From: Syntrophales bacterium
GTDB taxonomy: Bacteria; Desulfobacterota; Syntrophia; Syntrophales; UBA2210
Direction of reading: 5' to 3'
Length of the DNA: 64,000 bases
Assembly (NCBI GenBank): GCA_963666365.2
Contig: CAXXNF010000002.1
Coordinates: 448,001-512,000, forward strand
Made by a program: the position numbers and the translations under genes
Shown here: piece after piece, positions 9,301 to 19,801 of the stretch
Layout: every line of letters starts with the position of its first letter
Position numbering within the stretch: the stretch's first letter is position 1
The notes under the pieces: generated by a model
Told to the model about the DNA's origin: nothing
The model's input: the letters and a program-made list of their open reading frames with translations, nothing else
Databases searched by the model: none

Positions 9301-12300
9301 TTAGCGAAATTCAATCCGATAGTGAATTTCGCCTCCAAAAACCCCCTTATTGTCCTGGAATCCGCTAAGCAGGATGTTTTCCAGAAATTTATATTCTGCA
9401 ATGGCCCGTTGCGTCATTTCTCCCTCTTCCGTTTCAACGGAGTATTTCACCGCCATTCTTCGCGAAAGCTCCTTTCCGATAGTGACCTTGACGCGTTCAT
9501 CGGCCTGACCGGGTTCATCGGGCGTCGTTTCAACTTCAAAAGTGTCCAATCCGGTGGCTTTCTTAACATTCTCTCCCAGTGTGGCATTGACGATGTGAGC
9601 AACAATTGCTTCCATCGATGGGGCAGTGCGCCCTCCCTCGCCGCTCATCAGCTCTTTCGTTGTTTTGCCGAGAACAAGAAGTGAAATGATGTCGCCATGT
9701 TCTTCCGGGGGATCGGAGATCAGCCTGAAGGCGAGCCTGTCCGGCGTGCCCGATATCTTCAGCGTAATCACCCAGTCTCTCAGAGAAGTTTCACCGGTGA
9801 TATCGATTGTTGGTTCTGTCTTGTAAGGATTGAGGAAATCAACGACCCCTCGCGTGACGTTAAAGGCCCGCTTCTGATAGGTGACAGTCCCCGATTCCAC
9901 GGAGGTGCGGCCTTGCAGAACCGGACTGGTCACCGTACCCGAAATCCTCAAGTCCGGATGCACCTCAAGGTAGGCGATGTTATTGTCAACCACGAAGGGA
10001 TTCTTGGCCGTCACGGCGATATCTACAGCGACAGCGCTGAGAAATGACCGTTCACGGGGACCTCCCTCCTGCGGCGGCAGGGCCTTTTTTTGAAAGATCG
10101 CGTCTGCCACGTCGTGGATATTCACGTCGCGAAAATAATGTCCTTCTACAAGAACGAGTTCTCCCTTCAACAGAGCTTTTTCCGGCGTTCCTTCGAGGGA
10201 AAGTGTCGTATTCGCCACCATGCGCATCCTTTCCGGAACCTCAAAGGGAAGCTGATATCCCTTCAGCGCGATGCGAAACGATGCGGGTCGAAAATCGTCC
10301 ATCCCGATGGACCCCTCCAGTCCGAATGTGCCGGAGTCTAACGCCCCCTCCAGCCCGGCAATTATAATGGTTTGTTTCCGCCACTCGATCCGCCCTTTCA
10401 GACTGTGTACCCTTTGAGATAATGCCGATATGGTACATCCGGCCTTATGAATTTGTACGTCGGCGGCGATCGCCGGTTGCGATATCGTGCCGTTGATTTT
10501 TGCTGAAACCGTCAGGCTTCCGCCAATGTCCGTCACGGCATCCGTAAAGGATTCGAGAACCTTAAGGGGGATTGCTCCTTGAATGCCGGCGTTAAGAGAG
10601 CCATCGAGCAGGCCGTCGGCCGTGATGACCGCCTCGCCTTCATTGAGCAGGCGGAGTGTTGATTCGGCAAGAACGAACCGCCTGTCTGAAAGGGAAATGC
10701 TGATGTCCCGACCCTCTATTAACCGGGAAATTTCGGGTGACGAAACCACGATCTGTGCAATATCCGCCGATGCATGAATAGACTTCGGCCGTGAAATATT
10801 TCCCTTTGCCTCTATGTCAGCCGTCAGAAAACCGGACAGATTCGATTGACCGGCAATTAAGAAATAGGGTGCAAGATTCATGCGGTCGCCGGACAGGGAA
10901 AGAGAGAAGTCCCTTGTATCCAGATGGTATGAACCGTTCAATGCATAATCCGAAAGGCCCGATAGGGATAATGCGCGATCTTCAAGTGAGATGTTGAGAT
11001 CAAGGTCATGAAACCTGTGCCCCTTATACTGCAGTCCCTTGAAGAGGGCAGAGCCCTTTACGCGAGGATCGGCCAGAGAACCTTTTCCCTCGATAGAAAA
11101 TGAAAGGCGACCGTCCACCGGTGCGTCTTTGGCGATGATATCGAGTTTTCGAAGTGAGATGCCTTTCGATGCAAGAGACAGGTCGAACGTCCTGTCCCGG
11201 GATATCCATCCGTGACCTGTGAGCGCCTCTCCCGGGGCTACCTCTACACTGAATGAATCCGCTCGGAGTATGGCGCCGTGGATGGACCCGCGAAGATCAA
11301 TGCGTGTAACTTTTTGAAGGGGCGTCGAGATATCATGGGCTCGAAACTGCATTTCTCCCTCGGCCGCCGCGACGGTCCCTGTTATACGCGCCTTGAGTGA
11401 TGCCTCGCCGCCGATATCCTCTTTGAAATCATTCAAATCAGGGGAATGGGCGTGAATGTCAAGATCGAACCAGGGGTCGTCGCTCAGATGGAAACCGCCC
11501 TTTTGAAACGGTCGAATCGATCCCGAAAGCGTTATTGACGAGTTGCCCTTCGTGATTGCGAGATCATTGATTCCCATCGTTCCGGCCGCATCAAGATCGG
11601 CGATAACAGTCATGTCACCGACCATCTGTGTCCCGAAGTAAATGGATTTTCCCCATCCGCTGCAGTGCAGGGTGGGATGCGACAGGTTGCCTCCGATGAT
11701 CGATGTGAAGCCGGCGCGTCCCTTTATCCCTGAACCGCCGGCGAATTCGAGAAGATTTGCCACTTCCGGCGTCTCTGCCTCAATGTGTGCCTTCACCGCG
11801 CCGTCGGCGATCCTCAGAGTGCCTGCTCCCGACAGAGATGCGGTGTCCGACAGCACCGAAAGCTTTGAAAGGGTCACAATGCCCTTTTCGACGAAACATG
11901 CTGCCTGTGCTGAAATGTCATGATGCGCCTCGGAAGCAGCGGTCCTGAGGCGGCCTGTTGAAAGATTTACGGATGCCCGGGCGGACAGTTTTTGGGGCGC
12001 AATCCCCGTACCCTCAAGTGAAAGGGATGACTGCAATGCACCTCCCCGCACATTGAGTCCGGGGAAAAGCTTCGTAAGTTCCATCCCTTTCCCTTCACCG
12101 GCAAGGGTGTAGGCAAGGGCGTCCCAGTTGGGCGCAGTGCCGAGAAATCCTTGAGGGAACACGGGCTTAAAGTCCAGTGTTCCTTTTGCGTCAAACACGC
12201 CGGAGGCGGCATGAACAATGAGTGATGATATGGATAGTGAGCGGTCGTTCATAACGGCATTCATGTTGAGACGATCAACAGACAGGGAAGAGAGCCTGCC

Positions 12301-13212
12301 CCCCCTGTAGGCAAGATCCACGGACACAGAGGGATTATCCGCGACTCCGCTGATTTTCAGCTGCACTTTCGCTTCTCCCGTCAAGGGAACATTCAGCGCT
12401 GTCCATCTCGCTATTTCGGGCAAAGAAAGGGATGAGGCGCAATTGAGATCTAGTTCGGGTCTGTGGGCGACATTGCTCACTCTGCCGCGAAGAATGACGG
12501 AAGAAGACGCTGTTTCCGCACGTGCCAGCAAAGGATCAAGCGTCCCATTTTTGAAGACGGCCCTGATTTCAAAATCACTGAGATCAATCTTCCGTAAAGA
12601 ATCTTGAAAAGTTGCTGTATGCACGCGACAGACGCCCCGTGCCGATTGTTCATGGAGGTTTCCCGAGGCCGTAACGGCAAAGCCTTCTATCTGTAAACGC
12701 CCCTTGTGCTGGCCGAGATCAAAAAGCAAGGAACCGTCGGATATTTTGGCTGTCTTCACAACGAGGTTAAAGGGTAAAGACCCTGGCCCATCTTCAGGCC
12801 CTGCGTCTGATGAGGAGGCAAGGGCCCTGATGATGTTGAGTTCCCCCTGGGCGTTTTTCTCAATTGCCGCCCAGGGTTCCTTGAGGAACACCAGGGGAAC
12901 GGCGATGACGCCGTGCAAAAGATCTCTCCATTTTATGGAGGCGTATAATGTTTTAAATCCGGCGATGCGGTGCTTCTGCGGATCTGTAAGTGTGCCGCCC
13001 TGGATTTCAACGGACCCTTTTAACAGGGAAATATCAAGCTGTGTCCACTCAATTGTGCCTGGTATTCGAGAATTGATGGATGCACGAATATGTTGCCGGC
13101 CCTGTTCCGATCCAAGAAACAGGGAGGTTCCTCCAATAATCAACGCTGCGACGGTAAACAGAAGCGTTATGCAAAAAAGGAAAAGTCGTACTGCCTTTTG
13201 CATGGGTTTCAT
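9301..13212 (-). CDS. tamB: Translocation and assembly module TamB (AsmA-like, C-terminal DUF490)
   Basis: N-terminal TM anchor, long beta-rich repeats, C-terminal LISDPP..DIISLLVLG and VTIGKELS motifs; adjacent to the Omp85 gene. Confidence 0.88.
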   Translation of the reverse strand: MKPMQKAVRLFLFCITLLFTVAALIIGGTSLFLGSEQGRQHIRASINSRIPGTIEWTQLDISLLKGSVEIQGGTLTDPQKHRIAGFKTLYASIKWRDLLHGVIAVPLVFLKEPWAAIEKNAQGELNIIRALASSSDAGPEDGPGSLPFNLVVKTAKISDGSLLFDLGQHKGRLQIEGFAVTASGNLHEQSARGVCRVHTATFQDSLRKIDLSDFEIRAVFKNGTLDPLLARAETASSSVILRGRVSNVAHRPELDLNCASSLSLPEIARWTALNVPLTGEAKVQLKISGVADNPSVSVDLAYRGGRLSSLSVDRLNMNAVMNDRSLSISSLIVHAASGVFDAKGTLDFKPVFPQGFLGTAPNWDALAYTLAGEGKGMELTKLFPGLNVRGGALQSSLSLEGTGIAPQKLSARASVNLSTGRLRTAASEAHHDISAQAACFVEKGIVTLSKLSVLSDTASLSGAGTLRIADGAVKAHIEAETPEVANLLEFAGGSGIKGRAGFTSIIGGNLSHPTLHCSGWGKSIYFGTQMVGDMTVIADLDAAGTMGINDLAITKGNSSITLSGSIRPFQKGGFHLSDDPWFDLDIHAHSPDLNDFKEDIGGEASLKARITGTVAAAEGEMQFRAHDISTPLQKVTRIDLRGSIHGAILRADSFSVEVAPGEALTGHGWISRDRTFDLSLASKGISLRKLDIIAKDAPVDGRLSFSIEGKGSLADPRVKGSALFKGLQYKGHRFHDLDLNISLEDRALSLSGLSDYALNGSYHLDTRDFSLSLSGDRMNLAPYFLIAGQSNLSGFLTADIEAKGNISRPKSIHASADIAQIVVSSPEISRLIEGRDISISLSDRRFVLAESTLRLLNEGEAVITADGLLDGSLNAGIQGAIPLKVLESFTDAVTDIGGSLTVSAKINGTISQPAIAADVQIHKAGCTISALSQRVHSLKGRIEWRKQTIIIAGLEGALDSGTFGLEGSIGMDDFRPASFRIALKGYQLPFEVPERMRMVANTTLSLEGTPEKALLKGELVLVEGHYFRDVNIHDVADAIFQKKALPPQEGGPRERSFLSAVAVDIAVTAKNPFVVDNNIAYLEVHPDLRISGTVTSPVLQGRTSVESGTVTYQKRAFNVTRGVVDFLNPYKTEPTIDITGETSLRDWVITLKISGTPDRLAFRLISDPPEEHGDIISLLVLGKTTKELMSGEGGRTAPSMEAIVAHIVNATLGENVKKATGLDTFEVETTPDEPGQADERVKVTIGKELSRRMAVKYSVETEEGEMTQRAIAEYKFLENILLSGFQDNKGVFGGEIHYRIEFR

Positions 13213-13291
13213 ATAAAATGGGTGTGACGCGTTCCATAGTACACTTTACTGGTTTTTCACCTGACTGTTCTATAATCTACCGCGTGCACAC

Positions 13292-13663
13292 CTATTTGTC
13301 CGGCCTCTGTGCGGGCAGTTGAGACTGTTCCTGCTCCGGAACGTCTTTCTTGCGCCCCTCAGGCACATTACTTTCTTTTGCAGGCGCCGGCTGGAGTGCC
13401 GATACTTCTTTCTTAAGTTTTTTCAACTCCTTGCGAATTGTTCTCATTTTATTCCACAGGGCGATTCTCTGGGTGACTCCTACGACCATGCCGATAAGTG
13501 CACCGATGACGAATGCGATATAGATGACGGCGTAAAGGGGGCATTCAAATTTAAAAATTTTTAAGTAATAGTCAAGATGTACCGGAACGTTGTGTTTCGC
13601 CGCAAAGGTCGTCACAAACATTATAAGCGCCAACATAAGCAACGCTTTGAAATATTTACTCAT
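13292..13663 (-). CDS. LapA-family (DUF1049) membrane protein
   Basis: TM, N.VHLDY, PLYAVIYIAFVIGALIG TM, then basic coiled coil. Confidence 0.7.
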   Translation of the reverse strand: MSKYFKALLMLALIMFVTTFAAKHNVPVHLDYYLKIFKFECPLYAVIYIAFVIGALIGMVVGVTQRIALWNKMRTIRKELKKLKKEVSALQPAPAKESNVPEGRKKDVPEQEQSQLPAQRPDK

Positions 13664-14012
13664 GGGTTCACCTGTTTTCGCCTTTCCTTCGATTCCCTGT
13701 CATTAGTAATATGTGTACCACAACAATCCCAATCTAGAAACTCATTATATATGATTATTTCTTTTTCGCACATCTTTTGTATCGGGCAACCACCTTCCGG
13801 GAACATACAAAAAAGATGTCGTGGGAGCAAGACTTTATGTAATAAAAAGATTGTTCAATGGGGTGTACCCATACTGCAGGGGGGTAAGCGAGTTTAAAGA
13901 TTGCATTAATTCATTTTCTGAGTATAATTGCCGCGATTCGCTGTCCGGGAGGTTTCATGGGATAGCGTAGGAACGCCAAATAGGGGGCTTTCCCTTCAAC
14001 AAGAACGGTACT

Positions 14013-15869
14013 ATGAATATAAGAAAACAAAAATATGTCCGCACTGATCACAAGGCATCCTCGCTCAAGGAGTGCCGGAAGCTTCAATATCTTGACGGAA
14101 GACAGTTTAAGGAGTCGATCATCGCATCGGCCCTGCGTATCAGTGAAATGGAACATTACCTGAATAAAATTAACGTGTATCCCGTACCTGACGGAGATAC
14201 GGGAACCAACATGGCCGCGACTATGGACAGCATCGTCGAAGGGGCCAGGCGATGCGAGCAGGGCTCTTTCGGAGAAATAAGCGGAGTTATCGCGGATTCC
14301 GCATTTATGGGTGCGCAGGGAAACTCCGGAGTAATTCTGGCCCAGTTTTTTCAAGGACTTGCTGAATCAACGAAAGGGAAAATTCAACTTTCCACCAGGG
14401 CCTTCGCCGCAGCGGCCATTGATGCGGTGAATCAGGCCAGACGATCTATTTCTGCACCGCGGGAAGGGACCATAATCACGGTGATGAAAGACTGGGCCGA
14501 TTATCTCAGTGAATGCGCGCATCAAACCCAGGATTTCGTTGAGCTCCTGAGGGAGTCTCTTAAAAGAGCGAAGGATTCTCTTGCCGATACCCCGAACCTG
14601 TTAGTGGAGTTAAAAAAAGCGGGTGTAGTGGACGCGGGCGGTCAAGGTTTTGTCAATCTTCTGGAAGGGATGGTTGATTTTATAGAATCGGGACGCGTAA
14701 AGGCATTTAAAATCGGTACGCAAGTGGCAAGAAAAGTGCGGGAAGCTGCATCCGGGTCAGTACATGCGGACATTACATTTCGCTATTGCACACAATGTCT
14801 TATCGAGGGGGACGCTATCAATCGCGATGAGGTTCGCCGCGCCATCGAAGACATGGGCAACTCATTGATCGTTGTAGGTTCGAAAAGCAAGGTTCGCATT
14901 CATATACACACCAATGAACCTGACAGGGTGTTTGCCGCTGTTGCCTCCTACGGGGCGGTGTCGAAAAAGAACGTGGACGATATGCAGGCGCAGCATGAAA
15001 CAGTGGTTGCATCCACATCCGCAAAAGTTGCCCTCGTGACCGATTCAACCTGTGACCTTCCCCCGGAAATATTCCAGGCCTGCGATATCCATGTGGTGCC
15101 TCTGACGCTTCAGATCGGGAAGAATAGCTATCTCGACCGTGTGGAAATAGGAACCACCGAATTTTATGCGGCACTCAAAAGCACCAAAGAAAAACTTTCC
15201 ACATCCCAGCCTTCACCACGACAGTTTATCCAGGTGTATGAAAAGCTGGCGCCGGTCTACGAGTCGATAGTATCTATTCACATTTCTGAAAAACTGAGCG
15301 GAACCATCGGGGGCGCCCGTTCTGCAAGCCGAGTGAATGGTTTACAAGACAAGGTTCATGTAATCGACAGCAAGACAAGTTCCGCGGCAATGGGGTTGAT
15401 TGCCCACGAGGCCTGCCGGTTGATAAAAAGCGGACTGGATGTGAAAGAGATTGTGCGCCGCATTGAAGGATTGGTGAATAATACAAAAATATTCATCAAT
15501 TTGCCTACGCTGAAGTATGCCATGCGAAGCGGACGGGTGACAAAAACAAAAGGGATTATCGGCACGCTTCTTAATATACGACCCGTGCTCACGGTCGATG
15601 CGGAAGGGCGGGTGGTTGAGATTAAAAAAGTGCTGGGACGCAGGAAGGTAATTCGAAAGACCCTGGAGCTTGCCGTTCAATATGCACGGACCTGCTGTAA
15701 CCCGCGATTCGGTGTGGTGCATGTGCTTGAGCCGCGCCTGGCGGCGTGGTATAAAAATGAATTGAAATCAATGTTTATGACGGAGGATATTTTAGTGATG
15801 GATGCATCGCCGGTGCTCGGACTGCATGTCGGCATAGGAAGCACGGCGATCGCGGTACTGGGAAGATAA
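14013..15869 (+). CDS. DAK2 (FakA-like) - DegV (FakB-like) fusion, fatty acid kinase system
   Basis: LNKINVYPVPDGDTGTNM, GNSGVIL, VVDAGG, KVRIHIHTN (FakA) followed by ALVTDSTCDL, STSQPS, ISEKLSGT, SGRV, HVG (DegV). Confidence 0.92.
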   Translation: MNIRKQKYVRTDHKASSLKECRKLQYLDGRQFKESIIASALRISEMEHYLNKINVYPVPDGDTGTNMAATMDSIVEGARRCEQGSFGEISGVIADSAFMGAQGNSGVILAQFFQGLAESTKGKIQLSTRAFAAAAIDAVNQARRSISAPREGTIITVMKDWADYLSECAHQTQDFVELLRESLKRAKDSLADTPNLLVELKKAGVVDAGGQGFVNLLEGMVDFIESGRVKAFKIGTQVARKVREAASGSVHADITFRYCTQCLIEGDAINRDEVRRAIEDMGNSLIVVGSKSKVRIHIHTNEPDRVFAAVASYGAVSKKNVDDMQAQHETVVASTSAKVALVTDSTCDLPPEIFQACDIHVVPLTLQIGKNSYLDRVEIGTTEFYAALKSTKEKLSTSQPSPRQFIQVYEKLAPVYESIVSIHISEKLSGTIGGARSASRVNGLQDKVHVIDSKTSSAAMGLIAHEACRLIKSGLDVKEIVRRIEGLVNNTKIFINLPTLKYAMRSGRVTKTKGIIGTLLNIRPVLTVDAEGRVVEIKKVLGRRKVIRKTLELAVQYARTCCNPRFGVVHVLEPRLAAWYKNELKSMFMTEDILVMDASPVLGLHVGIGSTAIAVLGR

Positions 15870-15949
15870 AAGAACCGGCGGTATAATCCCATGCGGGAGA
15901 ATGGACGGATTATGGAGCGCCTGAACGTGACTGCTGTAATCAATCTGTT

Positions 15950-17188
15950 ATGGAGACAGTAATGAATGATCTCATTCATGGAGAACCTGCGCCACAGAAA
16001 GAAGAAGACCTCTATCGTCTGCTGGTAGAAAATGCAAATGAGGCCATATATGTGACGCAAAACGGAAGACTGCTCTACACAAACCCGAAATCATTTGAAA
16101 TATCAGGTTATTCAGAGGAAGAGCTCACCGAGAGATCGTTTGTCGATCTCATCCATCCGGAAGACAGGCAGCTGGTGTATGAACGGCACATACGTCGAAT
16201 GCGTGGAGAAAAATTCGTCAATGTTTACAGTCACCGTATTATTGACAAGCAGGGGAATGTCAGGTGGTTGGAAATCAATGTCGTCCGCATCATGTGGAAC
16301 AATGAACCGGCAATACTTAACTTTGCGAGTGACATCACGGACAGGAAACAGGCGGAAGACGCCTTGAGCGAAAGCGAAGAGCGCTACAGATTTCTTTTTC
16401 ACTCCGCACCAGCCGGAGTATTTTACTATGACACTGCGCTAAAGATTATGGAAGCAAACGACACCTTCGTTTCCATTCTTGGAGCGAAAAAAAGCGCACT
16501 TTTTGGTCTGGATCTGAATAAATCGCGCGACAAAACAATCATTCCCTGTCTCATGATGCCGCTGAAAGGCAAAGAGTGCAGCTACGAGGGATGGTTAAGG
16601 CCATATATGAACTCGCATGAAATGTGGGTCTTGGTGCGTGCAGCCCCGCTTTACGGGAAAGGTCGAAAAATCACCGGCGGGATTGGCATTATCCAGGATA
16701 TGACCTACAGCAAAAAGGCGGAAGAGGAGTTAAAAAATCATGAACAGGAGATAAAAATAAAATCCCGTCATCTCGAGGAGGCGAATGCGGCCCTGCGGGT
16801 GCTTCTGCGGCACCGGGATGAAGATCGCCTGGATCTCCAGCGCAACGTGATTTCAAATATTCGTGAACTGGTAATGCCCTATGTCGACAAATTAAAATAC
16901 AGACTTTCGGATACGGAAAATAGAGCACTCGTTGATATCCTGGAAACGAATTTACGCGATGTTTCGTCTCCTTTCCTGAGAAACATGACCCTGAGTCAAT
17001 ACCACCTCACTCCCAAGGAAATACAGGTTGCGAATCTGATTCGGGAAGGAAAGTCGACGAAGGATATCGCGCGAATGATGCACTTGTCGACACGATCCGT
17101 CGAATACCATCGAGATAAGATACGGAACAGAATTGGATTGAAAAATCAAAAAGTCAACCTTCGATCCTATCTATTAACACTCTCATAA
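15950..17188 (+). CDS. PAS-PAS-LuxR transcriptional regulator
   Basis: Two PAS domains and C-terminal LTPKEIQVANLIREGKSTKDIA...TRSVEYHRDKIRNRIG helix-turn-helix. Confidence 0.92.
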   Translation: METVMNDLIHGEPAPQKEEDLYRLLVENANEAIYVTQNGRLLYTNPKSFEISGYSEEELTERSFVDLIHPEDRQLVYERHIRRMRGEKFVNVYSHRIIDKQGNVRWLEINVVRIMWNNEPAILNFASDITDRKQAEDALSESEERYRFLFHSAPAGVFYYDTALKIMEANDTFVSILGAKKSALFGLDLNKSRDKTIIPCLMMPLKGKECSYEGWLRPYMNSHEMWVLVRAAPLYGKGRKITGGIGIIQDMTYSKKAEEELKNHEQEIKIKSRHLEEANAALRVLLRHRDEDRLDLQRNVISNIRELVMPYVDKLKYRLSDTENRALVDILETNLRDVSSPFLRNMTLSQYHLTPKEIQVANLIREGKSTKDIARMMHLSTRSVEYHRDKIRNRIGLKNQKVNLRSYLLTLS

Positions 17189-17396
17189 TACTGGTTTTAA
17201 GTGATATTTATACCGTATTCATTCAGTATTGCCATTTCTGTTTTTTATACTAAAATCTGCTTGACTCTGCGTGACATGACAGGGGCTGCTCGCCGGGGCG
17301 AGAGCGACTGGAACCTGCGATGCGCAGGGTAGACGCACGTATAGACCACAGGCAGGAATCACGAGACGAGCTACTAAAAAAAGGAGACGAGACGCA

Positions 17397-17627
17397 ATGG
17401 TCCAGTTAATCAAATCTATGGCGGAGGCGTTGGTTGGCAATCCTGGTGATGTGCAGGTACTGGAAACACGGGGAGGGCAGACGGCGGTATATGAATTGTC
17501 CGTGGCAAAGGAAGATCTTGGAAGAATCATAGGCAAACGTGGGCAAACGGTGAAATCCATGCGCACCATTCTCAACGCTGTTTCTTCGAAGAGCAATAAA
17601 AAGGTGCTGTTGGAAATTGTAGAATAA
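17397..17627 (+). CDS. khpA: KH-domain RNA-binding protein (KhpA family)
   Basis: 76 aa, DLGRIIGKRGQTVKSMRTIL (GxxG KH loop), RBS AAGGAG. Confidence 0.88.
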   Translation: MVQLIKSMAEALVGNPGDVQVLETRGGQTAVYELSVAKEDLGRIIGKRGQTVKSMRTILNAVSSKSNKKVLLEIVE

Positions 17628-17761
17628 GGGCGCCGGATCATTCTATTTACCCCACTGTCTGATTTGCACGCCTGCGGTGCGAGGATGATCCCTCATTTTA
17701 CATTTGCCTGAAATTCAGTTATGTGTGCAGATGATGGAAGGCGTAAAAAGGGGGGTGCTCC

Positions 17762-19732
17762 ATGATTGAAGCTGCAGGGAATGACCATTCACTGGAATGG
17801 GCGTTGTCAAGAGAGTGGATTGAAACGAATGGGCTTGGCGGATATGCCTCAAGCACGATTGCACACTGTCATACCAGAAAGTATCACGGACTGTTTGTAG
17901 CCAATCTTCACGGTCAAGGGGGGAGACATGTGCTTCTTTCAAAGGTTGAAGATTCTGTGTGCACTGAAGAGGGGGAATTTCACCTTTCCATTCATAAATA
18001 TCCAATGGTGTATTTCCCCAGTCCCGAACAGGAGCTGCCGCATTTTACCTACCTGTTATATCCACGATTTATCTACAGAACCGGATCAGCCAGCGTAACA
18101 AAGGAACTCATGCTTGTTGAAGGAGAAGACACCCTTCTCCTGCGGTATTCCTTTGAAAATTATGAAACCCCGGTCAGATTAAGAATTAGACCGCTCTGTG
18201 CGTTCCGTCGAATACATGCACTGACCCATGAAAACGATTATCTGGATCCGGGCACTGCAAAAACCGGGGAAGGCTTCTCAATTGAACCCTACCGAGGAAT
18301 GCCGCGTCTGTTTTTCAGGTGTAACAAAGCGATAAGATTGCTGAACGATTTCGATTGGTACAGGAATTTCGAGTATCTTGCCGAAAAAGAACGAGGATAT
18401 GATTATCGGGAAGACCTCTTTATGCCGGGAACCATCGAATGTACGCTCGATGCGGGGGATGAGCTGCTGTTGTGCCTGTCGCTCGATGAAAAGGGAGACA
18501 TAGAAGGATTGTGGAAGGGAGAAGCGCAACGGCGCCGGAAGCGATTTCGCAAAACCGAGGGGGGCGCCTTGGAGAAAACCCGCTTCTTCGTTCAGACCGT
18601 ATCAAATTCCGCACAGGCATTTATCATTCGCAACGCCCGCAAAACGCCGGCTATTGTTGCAGGGTACCACTGGTTTTATGTGTGGGGAAGGGATACTCTG
18701 ATCAGTCTTCCCGGGTTGACTCTTTACAGGGGCAGGCGGAGAGAGGCGGTAGAGATATTGAAGAATATCGGCGCGCTCAGAAAAAACGGGCTTATCCCGA
18801 ATTTTGTAGCCGAAGAGGGAGAGGCGCGAGCCTATAATTCAGTCGACGCGTCGCTGTGGTATTTTTGGTGCGTTCAGGAATTGTTAAAGCACACTGGTGA
18901 TTTCAATCTGATCGTCCGACACTTCCTCCCCGTGATGAGGGATATTGCAGAGTGCTATCTGCGTGGCATTCCCGGGGCGGTCGTTCACCATGAGAGCGGA
19001 TTGATATGCGCGGGAGATGCCTCGACACAACTTACCTGGATGGATGCATCCGTCAGGGGCGTACCCGTGACGCCCCGCTCTGGATGTCCCGTTGAAGTAA
19101 ATGCGCTTTGGTTTAACGCGCTTTCCTTTCTCGGAGAACTGTCCCGCGAAATCAACCTGACTGTGCAGTTCGATCTGGATCGAGAAATTGAAAGAACAAA
19201 AAAATCCTTTAACGAGCTATTTTGGAGTGAACGTACACAATGCCTTGCCGATGTCTGGATGCCCCGGACGGACTCGCGTGATGAATCTGTGCGGCCCAAC
19301 CAGGTATTTGCAGTATCATTGCCTCATTCACCTCTGGATCTTGAAAGAGCCCGGCTGGTCATGAAAAAAGTCACCGGCGAACTGTTCACCCCTTACGGGT
19401 TGCGCACACTCTCTCCCCGTGATTCCCGATATCGAGGCGCCTGTGAGGGATCGGCGGAATCGAGGGATGCAGCCTATCACCAGGGGACAGTCTGGCCGTG
19501 GCTTCTGGGGCACTATAGCGAGGGGGTGCTGAAAACATCCGAGCACAGAGAAGACGCGAGAAATGAATTACTGAAAATAATTTCCGCCCTGGAGGCGCAC
19601 CTGTACGATGGCGGTATGGGACATATTTCCGAAATATTCGACGGCGACTACCCTCATTGCCCGAGGGGATGCATCGCCCAGGCCTGGAGCAGTGCGGAGT
19701 TGCTGCGACTGTGCGCACTTCTGGAAGTCTGA
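17762..19732 (+). CDS. Glycogen debranching enzyme (amylo-alpha-1,6-glucosidase family)
   Basis: EWIETNGLGGYASS, TRKYHGL, AGYHWF..WGRDT.ISLPG, TWMDA, YHQGTVWPW, QAWS motifs. Confidence 0.93.
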   Translation: MIEAAGNDHSLEWALSREWIETNGLGGYASSTIAHCHTRKYHGLFVANLHGQGGRHVLLSKVEDSVCTEEGEFHLSIHKYPMVYFPSPEQELPHFTYLLYPRFIYRTGSASVTKELMLVEGEDTLLLRYSFENYETPVRLRIRPLCAFRRIHALTHENDYLDPGTAKTGEGFSIEPYRGMPRLFFRCNKAIRLLNDFDWYRNFEYLAEKERGYDYREDLFMPGTIECTLDAGDELLLCLSLDEKGDIEGLWKGEAQRRRKRFRKTEGGALEKTRFFVQTVSNSAQAFIIRNARKTPAIVAGYHWFYVWGRDTLISLPGLTLYRGRRREAVEILKNIGALRKNGLIPNFVAEEGEARAYNSVDASLWYFWCVQELLKHTGDFNLIVRHFLPVMRDIAECYLRGIPGAVVHHESGLICAGDASTQLTWMDASVRGVPVTPRSGCPVEVNALWFNALSFLGELSREINLTVQFDLDREIERTKKSFNELFWSERTQCLADVWMPRTDSRDESVRPNQVFAVSLPHSPLDLERARLVMKKVTGELFTPYGLRTLSPRDSRYRGACEGSAESRDAAYHQGTVWPWLLGHYSEGVLKTSEHREDARNELLKIISALEAHLYDGGMGHISEIFDGDYPHCPRGCIAQAWSSAELLRLCALLEV

Positions 19733-19801
19733 TGCGCCGGCGGTGTGGTACGGATCGCACCGATGACGTCTATTGATCGAACGGACCTTGCGTCGCCCCT
19801 T

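Noticed and set aside
9294..9401. N-terminal extension of the Omp85 ORF overlapping tamB
   Set aside because: ATG at 9293 gives a signal-peptide-like start just after the tamB stop, so the overlap is unnecessary.
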